NCBI GenBank assembly: GCA_964407865.1 | Contig: CAYOXC010000003.1 | Span: 12,760-76,759, forward strand | Reading direction: 5' to 3' | Length of the DNA stretch: 64,000 bases | DNA from: an uncultured Gammaproteobacteria bacterium | GTDB lineage: Bacteria; Patescibacteriota; Patescibacteriia; Magasanikbacterales; GWA2-37-8 | Part shown: positions 32,342-44,100 of the stretch, piece by piece | How positions within the stretch are numbered: the first letter of the stretch is position 1 | Layout: every line of letters begins with the position of its first letter | Program-made: the position numbers and the translations under genes | Notes under the pieces: generated by a model | The model's database searches: none | What the model was told of the DNA's origin: nothing | Seen by the model: only the letters and a program-made list of their open reading frames with translations

Positions 32342-33448
32342 ATGTTTATGTTCAGTTTTGACCGCTTGTCATGGCGCGGTTTTGATTGGGCGCTTGTAGC
32401 GGCCGTTTTTTTACTCTGCGCCATTGGCTTTGCCGCGATTTATAGCGTTGATTTGTCTCGCGGTACAGCGCTTATTTATAGTAAAAAACAGCTTATTGCC
32501 TTTAGTCTTGGCACTATATTTTTATTTGTCGCCGGTTTTTCCGCGCCGACATTTTTCAAATCATACTCCAAGTGGTTTTATGTGTTGACGCTAGTTTTAT
32601 TAGTAGCGGTTTTATTGTTTGGCCGAACAATTAGAGGCACGACCGGTTGGTTTTCATTCGGCGGTTTTTCCTTGCAGCCAGTCGAGTATGCCAAAATCAC
32701 TTTAATATTAATGCTTTCTTATGTGATTGCGCATTTTGGGCGTCGTTTTGAAAAACCGCTTTTTTTCTTTGGCACCGGTGCGATTGCTTTGATACCGATT
32801 GTTTTAACTTTAATTCAGCCGGATTTGGGCTCGGCAATTCTTCTTGGCATTGTTTGGTTTGGACTGATGTGGCTGGTCGGAGCGAGAAAAATCTTTTTAT
32901 TGATACTGGCTGTAATTCTGGCTGGTGTGGCAACTTTATCCTGGTTTTATTTTATGGCTCCGTATCAGAAAGAAAGAATAATTACTTTTGTGGATCCCTC
33001 ACGCGACCCGCTTGGCTCTGGCTACAACATCATCCAATCAACTATTGCCGTAGGTTCAGGCGGTATTTTTGGTCGGGGGCTGGGGTTTGGCTCGCAGTCG
33101 CAGCTTAGGTTTTTGCCGGAAACGCAGACTGACTTTGTTTTTTCGGTTATTGGCGAAGAACTGGGATTGGCTGGAGTAATAGTAGTTCTTATTCTTTACG
33201 CAATTATCTTTCTGCGCCTTAATCGTTTAGCTCGGCAATCCAATGATGACTTTGCCGCTTTTGCCGCCATTGGCGTGGCGGTTTTATTTTTTGCTCAGTT
33301 TTTTATTAACATAGGCGCTAATATTGGAATTTTGCCGGTTACTGGAGTAACCCTGCCTTTTCTTTCTTACGGCGGATCGTCGCTTACAGCAAATATGTTG
33401 CTTGTAGGCATTGTTATCAGTTTAAGCAAGCGATATAATTCAGTCTAA
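32342..33448 (+). CDS. SEDS-family peptidoglycan glycosyltransferase (FtsW/RodA)
   Basis: 368 aa; about 10 TM; PETQTDFVFSVIGEELG block. Confidence 0.85.
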   Translation: MFMFSFDRLSWRGFDWALVAAVFLLCAIGFAAIYSVDLSRGTALIYSKKQLIAFSLGTIFLFVAGFSAPTFFKSYSKWFYVLTLVLLVAVLLFGRTIRGTTGWFSFGGFSLQPVEYAKITLILMLSYVIAHFGRRFEKPLFFFGTGAIALIPIVLTLIQPDLGSAILLGIVWFGLMWLVGARKIFLLILAVILAGVATLSWFYFMAPYQKERIITFVDPSRDPLGSGYNIIQSTIAVGSGGIFGRGLGFGSQSQLRFLPETQTDFVFSVIGEELGLAGVIVVLILYAIIFLRLNRLARQSNDDFAAFAAIGVAVLFFAQFFINIGANIGILPVTGVTLPFLSYGGSSLTANMLLVGIVISLSKRYNSV

Positions 33449-33455
33449 TTTTTTT

Positions 33456-34532
33456 ATGATCAAAGATCGACTGGAAAATTTAAAACAAAAAATCATAGAT
33501 ACCCAGGAACTTCTTCGTGTTGCTGACCTCAAAAAAAAGATGAAACAATTGTCTGATGAAATGAACTTGCCAGATTTTTGGTCTAATCAGGAAAACGCCC
33601 AGGCAGTATCCAGTGACTATGAAGAATTGAGAAAGGAAACAGAAAAATGGGATGCAATTGAAAAAAGAGTCGACGATCTTCTTGAACTTGCCCAGTCAAA
33701 TGATAAAAGTTTAGAAGATGAGCTTGAAGGGCAAACCATTGAATTGGAAAAACAATTTTCTGAATACGAATTTTATCTGCTTTTAAACGGACCGTACGAT
33801 GCTAGTTCGGCTATTGTTGCCGTTCATGCTGGTTCTGGCGGCACTGAAGCGCAAGATTGGGCAGAGATGATAGCTCGAATGATAATTCGTTTTTCTGAAA
33901 AAATGGGCTGGCAGGTTAGAGTAATCGATGAGTCCCGTGGCGCTGAAGCAGGGTATAAGTCGGCGACTTTTGAAATAAAAGGACGATATGCCTATGGATA
34001 TTTAAAATCCGAACACGGAGTGCACCGTTTGGTTAGAATTTCACCTTTTGACGCGGAAAAAATGCGCCATACCTCATTTGCCCTGATGGAAGTTTTGCCG
34101 GAACTTGATGAAAAAATAAAAATTGAAATTAAGCCTGAAGATTTACGAGTAGACACGTTTATGTCAGGAGGGCATGGCGGACAAAGTGTAAATACCACTT
34201 ATTCAGCAGTACGCATTGTCCATATTCCAACCGGCATTAGCGTTACTTGCCAGAATGAACGTTCGCAACAGCAAAACAAAGAAACAGCGATGAAAGTCTT
34301 AAAGGCGAAACTTTTTCGTCTTGAACAGGAAAAGTTAGCGCAGGAAAAATCCGAACTCAGAGGAGAATACAAATCAGCAGAGTGGGGGAACCAGATTCGC
34401 TCTTATGTTCTGCACCCGTATCATATGGTTAAAGATCACCGGACCGAGTATGAATCAACTGATCCAGAAAGTGTTTTAGAAGGCAGCCTCCTGCCTTTGA
34501 GCGAAGCTTATTTGAAATGGATAAAACAGTAG
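33456..34532 (+). CDS. prfB: Peptide chain release factor 2 (single uninterrupted ORF, no programmed frameshift)
   Basis: 358 aa; SPF tripeptide (RISPFDAE) and GGQ motif (SGGHGGQSVN). Confidence 0.85.
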   Translation: MIKDRLENLKQKIIDTQELLRVADLKKKMKQLSDEMNLPDFWSNQENAQAVSSDYEELRKETEKWDAIEKRVDDLLELAQSNDKSLEDELEGQTIELEKQFSEYEFYLLLNGPYDASSAIVAVHAGSGGTEAQDWAEMIARMIIRFSEKMGWQVRVIDESRGAEAGYKSATFEIKGRYAYGYLKSEHGVHRLVRISPFDAEKMRHTSFALMEVLPELDEKIKIEIKPEDLRVDTFMSGGHGGQSVNTTYSAVRIVHIPTGISVTCQNERSQQQNKETAMKVLKAKLFRLEQEKLAQEKSELRGEYKSAEWGNQIRSYVLHPYHMVKDHRTEYESTDPESVLEGSLLPLSEAYLKWIKQ

Positions 34533-34574
34533 ATTTTTATTGTGATAATTTTTTAAAGATTAAAAATTAAAATT

Positions 34575-34609
34575 TATTTACAAAATTAAAAATTCAAAAA
34601 TTAAAAATT
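34575..34609 (+). promoter_or_regulatory. Conserved AT-rich promoter-like motif (copy 1 of 3)
   Basis: atttacaaaattaaaaattcaaaaattaaaaatt. Near-identical copies lie at 36478..36512 and 54025..54058, each directly upstream of a start codon. Confidence 0.45.
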
Positions 34610-36409
34610 TTGTTATTGGTTATGGATGTAATTTCCAAAAATGATTTTCTAGAACTAGCGCGTCGTTTTCACCGGGGACAGGTAGTTGTTTTTCCCACAG
34701 AAAGCTCTTATGGGCTGGGCGGTGATGCTACGAGCCAGGCTGTGGCAGATCGCATTTTTCGCATTAAAAGCCGCTCTGTCCTCAAGGCTCTTCTTATTAT
34801 TGTGCCTGATATTGAAACAGCAAAAAAATATTTGGTTTGGAATGAAGAAATCGATGAGTTAGCGGAAAAATACTGGCCGGGACAGCTTACTATAGTAGGT
34901 AAATACCGCGAACCGCAAGATGGTGGTGTTTCTTTAGCTAGAGGCGTAGTCGGTTTTGACAGAACCATTGCAGTTCGTGTTACCGCGGATCCATGGCTAA
35001 AAGAGCTTTTGTTAAAAACCGGTAAACCGATCATTGCTACCTCAGCCAATTTATCCGGAGAAAAAGAAATTTACGATTCAAACGAAGCGCTTAAAACATT
35101 TTCTGAATTTGATGAGCAACCAGACGCTGTTGTTGACGCAGGACTTTTGTCGCAAAATCCAGCCAGTACTATTATCAGTGTTTTGCAAGGCAGAAGGCAG
35201 ATTATCCGTCAGGGTGCTGTTAAAATAAAAAATAGTTTTAAATTCAATCTCAAAATTAAATTAAATCTTGGCGGTTATGGCATGAGAAGAGGGTTCGTTC
35301 ACTTAGCGGTTATTTTTTCAATTGCCTTGCTATCAGCACTAGTTATTTTTTATTTTTGGAAAATTTCTTTAATAAACATTGAAAACACCACGCGACTAAC
35401 AAATAGTTTTTCGTTGCCGACTTTTATACCAGAAGTGCGCAATCCTTTAGTCAAAGTTAAAGGTCTTTATTTAACTGCTTATTCAGCCGGAAGTAAAAGT
35501 AAAATTGATGAGATAATAAATTTGATTGAGCGCACCGAACTCAATGCCGTGGTGATTGATATAAAAGATTATAGTGGTTATGTACTTTATGATAGTCAAA
35601 TAGCTTTGGTTAACGAGCTTCAAACTGAAGACAATCGACTTGGCAATGTCAGTGCTTTGATCCGTAAATTACATGAACACAATATTTATGCTATTGCCAG
35701 GCAGACAGTTTTTCAGGATCCGATACTAGCTGAAAAAAAAATAGAGTGGGCGATAAAAAGTAAAAGCGGTGGAACTTGGCGCGACCGCAAGGGATTGGCT
35801 TGGGTTGACCCGACAAGGCAGGAAGTTTGGGAATATAATTTAGCTATCGCCAAAGAAGCGGCAGGTTTTGGTTTTGATGAAATAAATTTTGACTATGTTC
35901 GTTTTCCTTCTGACGGTAACATGGAAAATGTTATTTATAACATCGGCAATAAGAAGAAATACGAGGTGATGGAAGAATTTTATCGTTTTTTAAGCCGTCG
36001 GCTTCAAAGTCAGCCGATTTGGATATCTTTGGATATGTTTGGTTTTGTTATGGAAAAATCCGGAGAAGACGATATGAACATCGGTCAGCGTTTGGCTGAC
36101 GCGGTTCAAAACACTGATTATGTTTGTCCGATGATGTATCCTTCGCACTATCCTTCGGGTCACTTGGGACTCAGAAATCCAGCTGATTATCCGGAAAGAG
36201 TTTTTGAAAACGGTATGCAGAAAGGTGCGCCATTGTTTACAGATAGTCGGGCAAAACTTCGTCCATGGATTCAGGCTTTTAACCTCGGCGCTGTTTATGA
36301 TGCCAGTAAAATCCGCGCTCAGATTACTGTGACGGAAAATTACACTGACGCCGGATGGCTTTTGTGGAACGCTTCAAATAGGTACACTGAAGCCGGGTTG
36401 AAAAAATAA
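34610..36409 (+). CDS. Fusion protein: N-terminal TsaC/YrdC/Sua5 domain, a TM helix, and a C-terminal putative TIM-barrel glycoside-hydrolase-like extracytoplasmic domain. Likely true start ATG at 34622
   Basis: The VVVFPTESSYGLGGDATS...KPIIATSANLSGE block is YrdC-like. Then comes a hydrophobic helix (LAVIFSIALLSALVIFYFW). Then NAVVIDIKDYSG...GFGFDEINFDYVRFP, which resembles DUF4015-type hydrolase domains. Confidence 0.55.
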   Translation: MLLVMDVISKNDFLELARRFHRGQVVVFPTESSYGLGGDATSQAVADRIFRIKSRSVLKALLIIVPDIETAKKYLVWNEEIDELAEKYWPGQLTIVGKYREPQDGGVSLARGVVGFDRTIAVRVTADPWLKELLLKTGKPIIATSANLSGEKEIYDSNEALKTFSEFDEQPDAVVDAGLLSQNPASTIISVLQGRRQIIRQGAVKIKNSFKFNLKIKLNLGGYGMRRGFVHLAVIFSIALLSALVIFYFWKISLINIENTTRLTNSFSLPTFIPEVRNPLVKVKGLYLTAYSAGSKSKIDEIINLIERTELNAVVIDIKDYSGYVLYDSQIALVNELQTEDNRLGNVSALIRKLHEHNIYAIARQTVFQDPILAEKKIEWAIKSKSGGTWRDRKGLAWVDPTRQEVWEYNLAIAKEAAGFGFDEINFDYVRFPSDGNMENVIYNIGNKKKYEVMEEFYRFLSRRLQSQPIWISLDMFGFVMEKSGEDDMNIGQRLADAVQNTDYVCPMMYPSHYPSGHLGLRNPADYPERVFENGMQKGAPLFTDSRAKLRPWIQAFNLGAVYDASKIRAQITVTENYTDAGWLLWNASNRYTEAGLKK

Positions 36410-36474
36410 TTTTGTAATTTTAAATTTTTAAATAAATCAAAATTATTAATGTTTAAAAATTAGTATATTTAAAC

Positions 36475-37356
36475 TTGTTTACAAAATTAAAAATTCAAAA
36501 ATTAAAAATTTCTACCATGAATAAATTATTCAACCCCGATTATCTTCAATTTCTTTGCCAGAAGTATGGCCTTAAACCGAGTAAGAAATACGGTCAGAAT
36601 TTTTTGATTGACCCTGAACCGATAGAAAAGATGCTTGAAGCGGGCCAGGTGGACAAAAATGATGCCGTTATAGAAATTGGTCCGGGATTTGGTGTTTTAA
36701 CTTTTGCCTTGTCTGAAAAGGTGAAAGAGATTATTGCTTATGAGATTGAAAAAAAATTGATACCGTATTGGGAAAAACACAAACCAGAAAATGTCCAAAT
36801 TGAGTGGGGGAATGTATTAAAAAGTCAAAAGTCAAAAGTCAAAAGTCAAAAGCACAAAGTTGTCGCCAATCTTCCCTATCAAATTACTTCGGCTCTAATT
36901 CGTACTTTTTTAGAGTCAGACAATCCGCCAGAGCTTATGGTGCTTATGGTGCAAAAAGAGGTGGCGGAAAGAATCTGTGCGAAAAAAGGTCAGATGTCGC
37001 TTCTGTCTGTGGCCGTGCAGTATTATGCTGATCCGGAAATTGTCGCTATTGTTCCGCATTCTTATTTTTGGCCAGAGCCAAAAGTGGACTCAGCGATAAT
37101 CAAGTTAAAAGTCCATAATCTGCCGGCTGGCGGACAAAAGTCCATAAAGTCGGAGGAGTTTTTTCGTCTGGTTAAGGCCGGGTTTGCCAACAGGCGGAAA
37201 TTACTGATAAAAAATTTAGAAGTGATTTTAGGTAAAAAAAATAAAGAAAAGCTGAAAGAAATTTTTGCCGAGCTTGGGCTTCAGGAAACTGTCCGGGCGC
37301 AGGAGCTCGGGGTGGAGGACTGGATAAATATAGTGAAAATTCTAAGTTCTAAGTAA
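36475..37356 (+). CDS. rsmA: 16S rRNA (adenine1518/1519-N6)-dimethyltransferase RsmA/KsgA; likely true start ATG at 36517
   Basis: YGQNFLIDPEPIEKM and VIEIGPGFGVLT SAM motifs. The first 14 codons overlap the conserved promoter-like motif. Confidence 0.85.
   Translation: MFTKLKIQKLKISTMNKLFNPDYLQFLCQKYGLKPSKKYGQNFLIDPEPIEKMLEAGQVDKNDAVIEIGPGFGVLTFALSEKVKEIIAYEIEKKLIPYWEKHKPENVQIEWGNVLKSQKSKVKSQKHKVVANLPYQITSALIRTFLESDNPPELMVLMVQKEVAERICAKKGQMSLLSVAVQYYADPEIVAIVPHSYFWPEPKVDSAIIKLKVHNLPAGGQKSIKSEEFFRLVKAGFANRRKLLIKNLEVILGKKNKEKLKEIFAELGLQETVRAQELGVEDWINIVKILSSK
36820..36853 (+). repeat. Heptanucleotide tandem repeat (aaaagtc) x4.7 inside rsmA coding sequence
   Basis: aaaagtc aaaagtc aaaagtc aaaagtc aaaagc, encoding KSQKSKVKSQKHK. 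The unit length is not a multiple of 3. Confidence 0.8.
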
Positions 37357-37490
37357 TTTGGATTTTTAACTTTCATTTGTTTATAATTTAGGATTTTGAG
37401 TTTAGGGCTTATTAAGATTTATCCACTCCTAGATGCTTGGCGTTCAGTAGTTTTATGGTATAATAATATAGTAAAAATATTTTAGAAATT

Positions 37491-38150
37491 ATGGCGGAAG
37501 AGCAACCGCGTATTACTCACGAACAGAAGATCGGATTGATTTTGCTGTCAGCTTTTATTTTGTTAGCCGTCACTTTGGGTTTGATTCAAATGCGCAATAC
37601 CATATACAAGCCGTTTGCTCTGAATAAATCCATTCCGCCCATGATAGGTGAGCAGGTGAATACGCCTGAAGCTTTGCGCTACCGCGACACTGATTATGAT
37701 GGTTTGAATGATTTTGATGAATTATATGTTTATACTACCAGCCCATATTTAGCAGATTCTGATTCAGACGGCATTAGCGACAAAGACGAAATAGAGGGCG
37801 GCAAAAACCCAAATTGTCCCGAGGGCAAAAATTGCGGTGTCACCATTGTCACTGAAGGTTCGGCCATGCCTCAAACTCCGAATCAGCCGGAATTGTTTAA
37901 TTATTCTTTCCCAGAAGATCTTGAGGGTTTATTTCAAGAACCGGAGATAATCAGAGCCATGCTTCTGGAATCTGGTTTAAGCCTGGATGTGGTTAGTAAA
38001 ATTTCTGATGAAGATTTAAAATCAATGGCGGCGGAGATATTTACTTCAAGTACTTTGATGCAGGGTATTAGTAGTGCCACAACCACCTCAAATGTGACCA
38101 GCACGATTCAATTTATAAATGAATTAATGACCGAGGAGCCAGTAGAGTAA
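37491..38150 (+). CDS. Hypothetical secreted/membrane-anchored protein with Asp-rich calcium-binding-like (thrombospondin type-3-like DxDxDG) motifs
   Basis: 219 aa; N-terminal TM; YRDTDYDGLNDFDE and DSDSDGISDKDE. Confidence 0.4.
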   Translation: MAEEQPRITHEQKIGLILLSAFILLAVTLGLIQMRNTIYKPFALNKSIPPMIGEQVNTPEALRYRDTDYDGLNDFDELYVYTTSPYLADSDSDGISDKDEIEGGKNPNCPEGKNCGVTIVTEGSAMPQTPNQPELFNYSFPEDLEGLFQEPEIIRAMLLESGLSLDVVSKISDEDLKSMAAEIFTSSTLMQGISSATTTSNVTSTIQFINELMTEEPVE

Positions 38151-38157
38151 AATTTTT

Positions 38158-41100
38158 ATGCTTGGAAAATCAAAAAAATTTGGTTTAGGATTTATTGCAG
38201 CAGTAGTTGTTTTTGTCTCTCTGTTTGGGGCGGTTTTTTTAGCACCTCAGAAAGCGCAAGCCCAGATGGCTGTTTACGTTGTTCAAAACCCGTATGAAGA
38301 TACTAGATCTATAATTGAAAAAATCAAAGACGAAGGCCTCCTCATGGTTATGTCAGCCATTATGAATGGCCTGAATTATTTTACCAATAAAATCGCCTAT
38401 GACATGGGTGTTTGGCTGGCTTCTGGCGATTGGGGGCAGGGCCCATTTGCTTCTGGCGAGAGTTTTGGCAATTATCTGGCGCAAACAGCCGGCGATTCTT
38501 TGGGTGAAGCACTCGGTTCTTTAAGCGAAAGCTTAGGCCTAAACCTCTGCGATTTGCCGGATATTCGCTTGGATTTATTGCTTCAGCTCGGTTTTCATTT
38601 TAATTATGGCCCTCCCACGCCAAAGTGTTCTTTTCAGCAGTTAAAGGCCGCTTATAATGTGGACAACATCCGTTCGCAGTATGCTTCTGTTCAAGGATTG
38701 ACCAGTCGAGTTAGTTTGGGTGTACAGGTTTCAGATTCGGATTTAGGTGTTTGGTTAAAATCAAAAGAAACCATTGATACCATGGCTTGGGAACAGCAAA
38801 CAGGCGCCTCGCTTGATCGCCAGGAAGGCGATGGAATATTTCCAATGTCAGAAATTATTTCGGGAAAGACCACTGTTCCGGCCACTGTAATGAGAGATGA
38901 GTGGAATGCTAAGTCAGCGGCAGCGGAAAAAAAAGGCAGGGACGCGGATAAAACCGCCATGCTTGGCGCGGCCTTGCAAAAAGGCGGAGTTTCACTTGCT
39001 TTAAATACTGTTTCAACATTTGTAAATACTTTACTTGGTACAGTTTTGAACAATTTTCTTACCGAAGGTCTTTTGCCAGGCGGAGCAAAAGTATGTAACC
39101 CGGGCTTAAGCATCAGTGGAGTTGGTTGGGATCAGTGCGATGAGTCAGATACGGCAGAATATCTTGCCGGCAGCTACTATGGTGCCGGCAGTACTGGCGG
39201 ACAGAGGCGAGCGGCCCAGGAGCTTTTTAGCGAATATCTTGTGCCTAAAATTAAAACAGTGGATAACTATAATATTTTAGGCACCATGGCCGATTGTTCT
39301 CCTGACAATCTTTTGCCCGAGGCTTGTACTATCGATCAGTCATTTTTGCAGATTTTACAGGAGGGCGATCAATCGGGTGAACCATTGACGATAAAACAGG
39401 CATTAGAGAAGGGTTATTTACATGCTGATTGGCGATTGATTCCAGAAAGCGATGCTGCCAATAACGAAAGTCAGGATTGCGCCTTAAAAGCATATTGTCA
39501 ACGTAATATTAAATTTTTGAGGTTAATGCGTATTTTACCGCTTGGTTTTGAAATAGCAGCAAGTGAATCGCCTGCGGACAATCCATGGACTTTAGGGGAT
39601 GTGGTTGATGCTTTTTACGATTCTGGTTCGGGGCATAGCAGTTCGAAGAGAGGTTTGATAAATCCATATTGGGTTATAAAATATCCAAAAACCAGATGCG
39701 GCAATTTAGCATATAGTCAAACCGCCATGAGTGGGATGCATTTACAGAGTTGCGTGGATATCCAGCATTGCGTCGCTTACAACAAAGACGGATCTTGTGC
39801 CGCTTGGGGATATTGTTTGCGCGAACAGCCGCTTTGGAAAATCAGTGCAAATTATTGCGACAAACAATATGCCACCTGTCGCAGTTTTGTTAGCGGAGAT
39901 GGCGACACTGGCTCATATTTACTTCGCACTTTGCAGGCCGAGGACTGCAATGCTGACAATGACGGTTGTACTCGCTATTCAAAATATAAATATTATTTAA
40001 CAGAATCAATTCAGGATTGGTTTGCCCTGGGTACTTATCAAGCAATTACAAACGGTCATATTTTTTATAATAATAGCCTATATTTTAATAAGAAATTACC
40101 CACTTGCGATGTCTCACAAGCTGGTTGCAACGCTTTTAAATTGGCAAGCGACCAAAATACAACAGTATTTTTGAAAAAAGCGCCGGATTATTTGGGTTGT
40201 TATGATGCAGATAGCAATGAAGATTCGGACAAACTGATGCTGTTGGTCAAAAAAATCCGTGATGGCATTAGCTGGCCAACAACTTTATCAGATTTAAATT
40301 TGATCAATCCACAGGATCCGGAAGCCTGCAATAATTACGCCCAGGTTTGTTTGCCAGAAGAAGAAAATTGCAATTATTACACCTCAGCTTTAACGGGCGA
40401 CACCGTGCCGGGCAAGTTTACCCCAGCCGTGGTTGAGGGTGGCCAAGTTACTTGGAATGATCAGTGCGACGCCAAATGCGTCGGTTATGCCGCTTACAGA
40501 GAAATGCCTTCAAATTATACCAACGGGCAAAGCATAGCTTACATTATTCCTTCATCAGGAAAGAGTTGTTCTGCCTCTGAGGCTGGTTGTAGCTCGTTTA
40601 CAAATTTATCTACTGAGCAGGGAGGGTTAGAAAATAACGAATATTTTTCATATTTGCGTCTTTGTGCTCTGCCCGATCAAAACATACAGCGAAATTACAC
40701 AGTTTATGAAAGTTCCGAATCAGGCGGATACCAAATAAAAACTTATACACTGGTTAAAAACAACAGCAATGAAGGTCCGAAACAGATTTTCCGTGACCAG
40801 CAGGAATACAATAAATTTTCCGCTTTGTGTAATTCAACCGTATATGCTAATGGTACGGCCGATCCAGATTGCCACCAGTTTATAGATGGAAACGGTGGAG
40901 TGCATTATGCCCTTTTATCAAAAACCATTGTCGTTAGTGATCAATGCACTCCGTATCGTTTGAACAACACCGAATTAGTACCTTACGGAACGCAACTCCG
41001 ATGTCCGTTTGATTTTGACAACAGCGCCAGTGACAAAAGGACCGGTACTTATACGGTTGAGTTTAAGAATAACTCCTGCTATTACATGGGCTTTACCGGT

Positions 41101-44100
41101 AATACAGGCGGAGCGGGCGATAGTATTTCCTGTACCAGTGATGTTGAGACTTGTCAGGCATATAAAGGCAATGCCGGTTATAATGTCCGTACATTATATA
41201 GCGAAAATTTTGAAGGCGGTGAACTTGAGGGTTGGAATGATGTAAGTTCGAATGTGGATACCAGTCTTTCAGCTGAATCAACTCAAATTGACGGCCATTC
41301 AATGAAAATAGCGGCAACGGATATTTCTTATAGTTCGGTTGGTGTTTATAACGAAGAGCCTTTGCTCATGCTTCAAGGTAAACAGTATATGGTTTCTTTC
41401 TGGGCGAAAGGCACTTTAGATATTTCTGAAATCGGTTTTATGTCTGGTGAAACAAATTATCCACTGGAAGATACACAGGTTCAGCCAACGGGTGTATGGC
41501 GTAATTATTCATTTGGACCATTTGATTATGAAGATATTTTTGCGGGCGGCCCAGCAAGTGATGAAATGGCTACGACTTATTTAAATTTTAAACTTGGTCA
41601 GGCAGGGGCTACAACAGATAATTTGTTTATCGACAATCTAAAAGTAACAGAAGTCGCCGATTATCTTTATCTGGTAAAAAATTCTTTATCCGTCGATCCA
41701 ATCTGCGACAGTTCCCCCAACGACAATTTGCCGGGCGAGGCTCTTGGTTGTATGGCCTACAAAACGCCGGCTGGCACAACATTTAATCTGGTTAATTTTA
41801 GCTATCTTTGCCGCGAAGCTGCTGTCGGTTGTACTGCGGTTTTAGACACCTACAACACTCCAGATGATCCGGATTATCGGGTTCACAATATCTGGCTTAA
41901 AGGCACTTCTGGAAATTTAGCTACTGTCACCGTAGAAGAAAAAACTTATTCTTGTCAGGTACCGGTTGGTGAAGCTGGCTGTTATGTTAATATGACTGGT
42001 ATAAAAAGCATGCATAGCCTGGAATTGCCAACAAAATTAGAATTTAAAAATTCTACCGTGGTTATCCATGCTGACACGCCAACTTCTTCACCAATATATC
42101 TGGTAGCAAACAAAGGTTCAAGTTGTAAGGCGGAAAATATGGGTTGCGAATTGGTTGGAAGATCAACACCGAGCATGTCTGGCTTGTCATACTACGCCGA
42201 TATTGGTTTGGGCACAGATTTACAACACCATTATGAAACATTTGATGAGGTGGCGATAAAGAACGATCCGGCATTGTATAGCTCAACTTTGTGCCAGGCA
42301 GAAGCCGTAGGTTGTAAAACCTGGTCTTCAGGTGAAAGCGCTTATTATTTTAAAGATCCAAAGAAGATCGGCAATCTGGTCTGTGAATACAAGGAAGAGT
42401 TTTATCCTCCTCAGCTTGATGTAATAACTGTTTGGAATCCATTATTGGGAATTGATGTTCCAGTTGTCCTTGGTTTAGAAGGTTCAGCCCAGCCGTTTTC
42501 CGGTTGGGCCTGGAAAGATGTTGGTACATGTTCTGTCGGTGATACCACTTATCCTATGGGCAAATATTGCAATTCAGATGCTGACTGCTCGGTTGCGGAT
42601 TCAGATATTACTGGAAAATGTTTATTTAAAGGCGCCATTCCTTGTTATCCAAACATAAAAGACAACGCACACACCCCTCCTGAATACCAAATTATCTCAT
42701 ACGGAACGACCAATCTGTATAAAGGTTATGCCGGAGAGTGTCCGGCCGAGCAGTCAGGCTGTTCACAGTTTGTAGATCACAGCTCTTCGCTAGGAGAAAA
42801 TAAAAAGTGTCTGATAACCGGGAAAAAATGTGATTTTGATAGTGATTGCAATGAAGCAGAAAATGACAAATGTGCGGCAAATTATATGAGCGCTTATTAT
42901 TTGATTGAAAACCAAAAACTCGATGTTTTGCAGGCGGCTTGCAATGGTAAAGTTAGTCAAGCCGAAGGCTGTGTCCTTTTGGATAAAACCTCCAATCCAA
43001 ACAAATACTGGAATGCGGCTGAAAGCTATAGCGCTTCTGTTGCAGACAATGAAGGCATGGTTACCCCTGTATCAAATACATCCAATGATTCCAACATCAT
43101 TATGAAAGTCGTCCATGACCGTGAGTGCGCCGAATGGGCTTATTGTGATTTGAAACAAACCTTTGAAAATGAAGATACCGGCGAAGAAGAAGAGCGCTGT
43201 TACCATCTCGGAGCGTGCGACAAAGCCGGTATTACACAACCAATGGCCGGTGTGGCGCCGAAAGAATGTGGTCATCCTTTGACTGATTGGGACATGAAAA
43301 ATAAGGAATTAACGATTAGTCAGTACCGTTCTTTTATTGGGAGTTGGGATTCAAAAGATTTTTCCGGTTATTCAATGTATAGCACTTTCCAGGTGCCGGA
43401 TCTTACAGTTAGATATTTTGGATCAGACGATATACCGCGCTTAGTCAACGTTAATGAAATGTATAGTTTTTATTCTCCCTGTTCAGTTAGTGATAAATGC
43501 GCCCAAGGAAACACCGGCGCTTCTTGCGGTCCTTCCGGTTATACAGGTACATGCATAAACGGAGAGTGTATGAGCGCTTTGTGGAACGGCAACCCTGAAT
43601 CATCAAGAAAATTGGCTTGCCGAGCATACGCTGAACAGGATGCCCCGTTTGATGATCATGTTTTATCAAGTGGAGATGAAAATGTTGAAGTTTATAAAGA
43701 AGGTTATGAAGGGGTAAATCTATGTTATTCAGAAGGTGGTAATCCGGTAAGTTGTGACGCTTATATGAATGGAGGCACAACGGTTCAATGTCAGTATCGA
43801 AAAATAAAAACTTCCGGAGGCATAGTTTACAAACAGACTGATGAAGTGTTGGAAGGAAATTTTATTTGTAGCGACGGGGTCAATAAAGGCAATTATTGTG
43901 ATGATTTAGAAGACTCAGGTACAGATTGCGCCGGTGGCAGTTGTTCACAAATACAGAGTATTCAGGTGAATCAAAATATGATGGGCTATTGCATAGACTG
44001 GGACAAACGCCATCGCATAAACGGCACGGCTGAAACTGCTTGTATGGCTTGGTGGCCGATTGATACACCTCCTGGTACACCTATTTTTTGGGAAACCGAT

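Noticed and set aside
33456-34532. Possible programmed +1 frameshift site in prfB
   Set aside because: The RF2 ORF is continuous from the Met through the SPF and GGQ motifs with no in-frame early stop. No frameshift is needed here.
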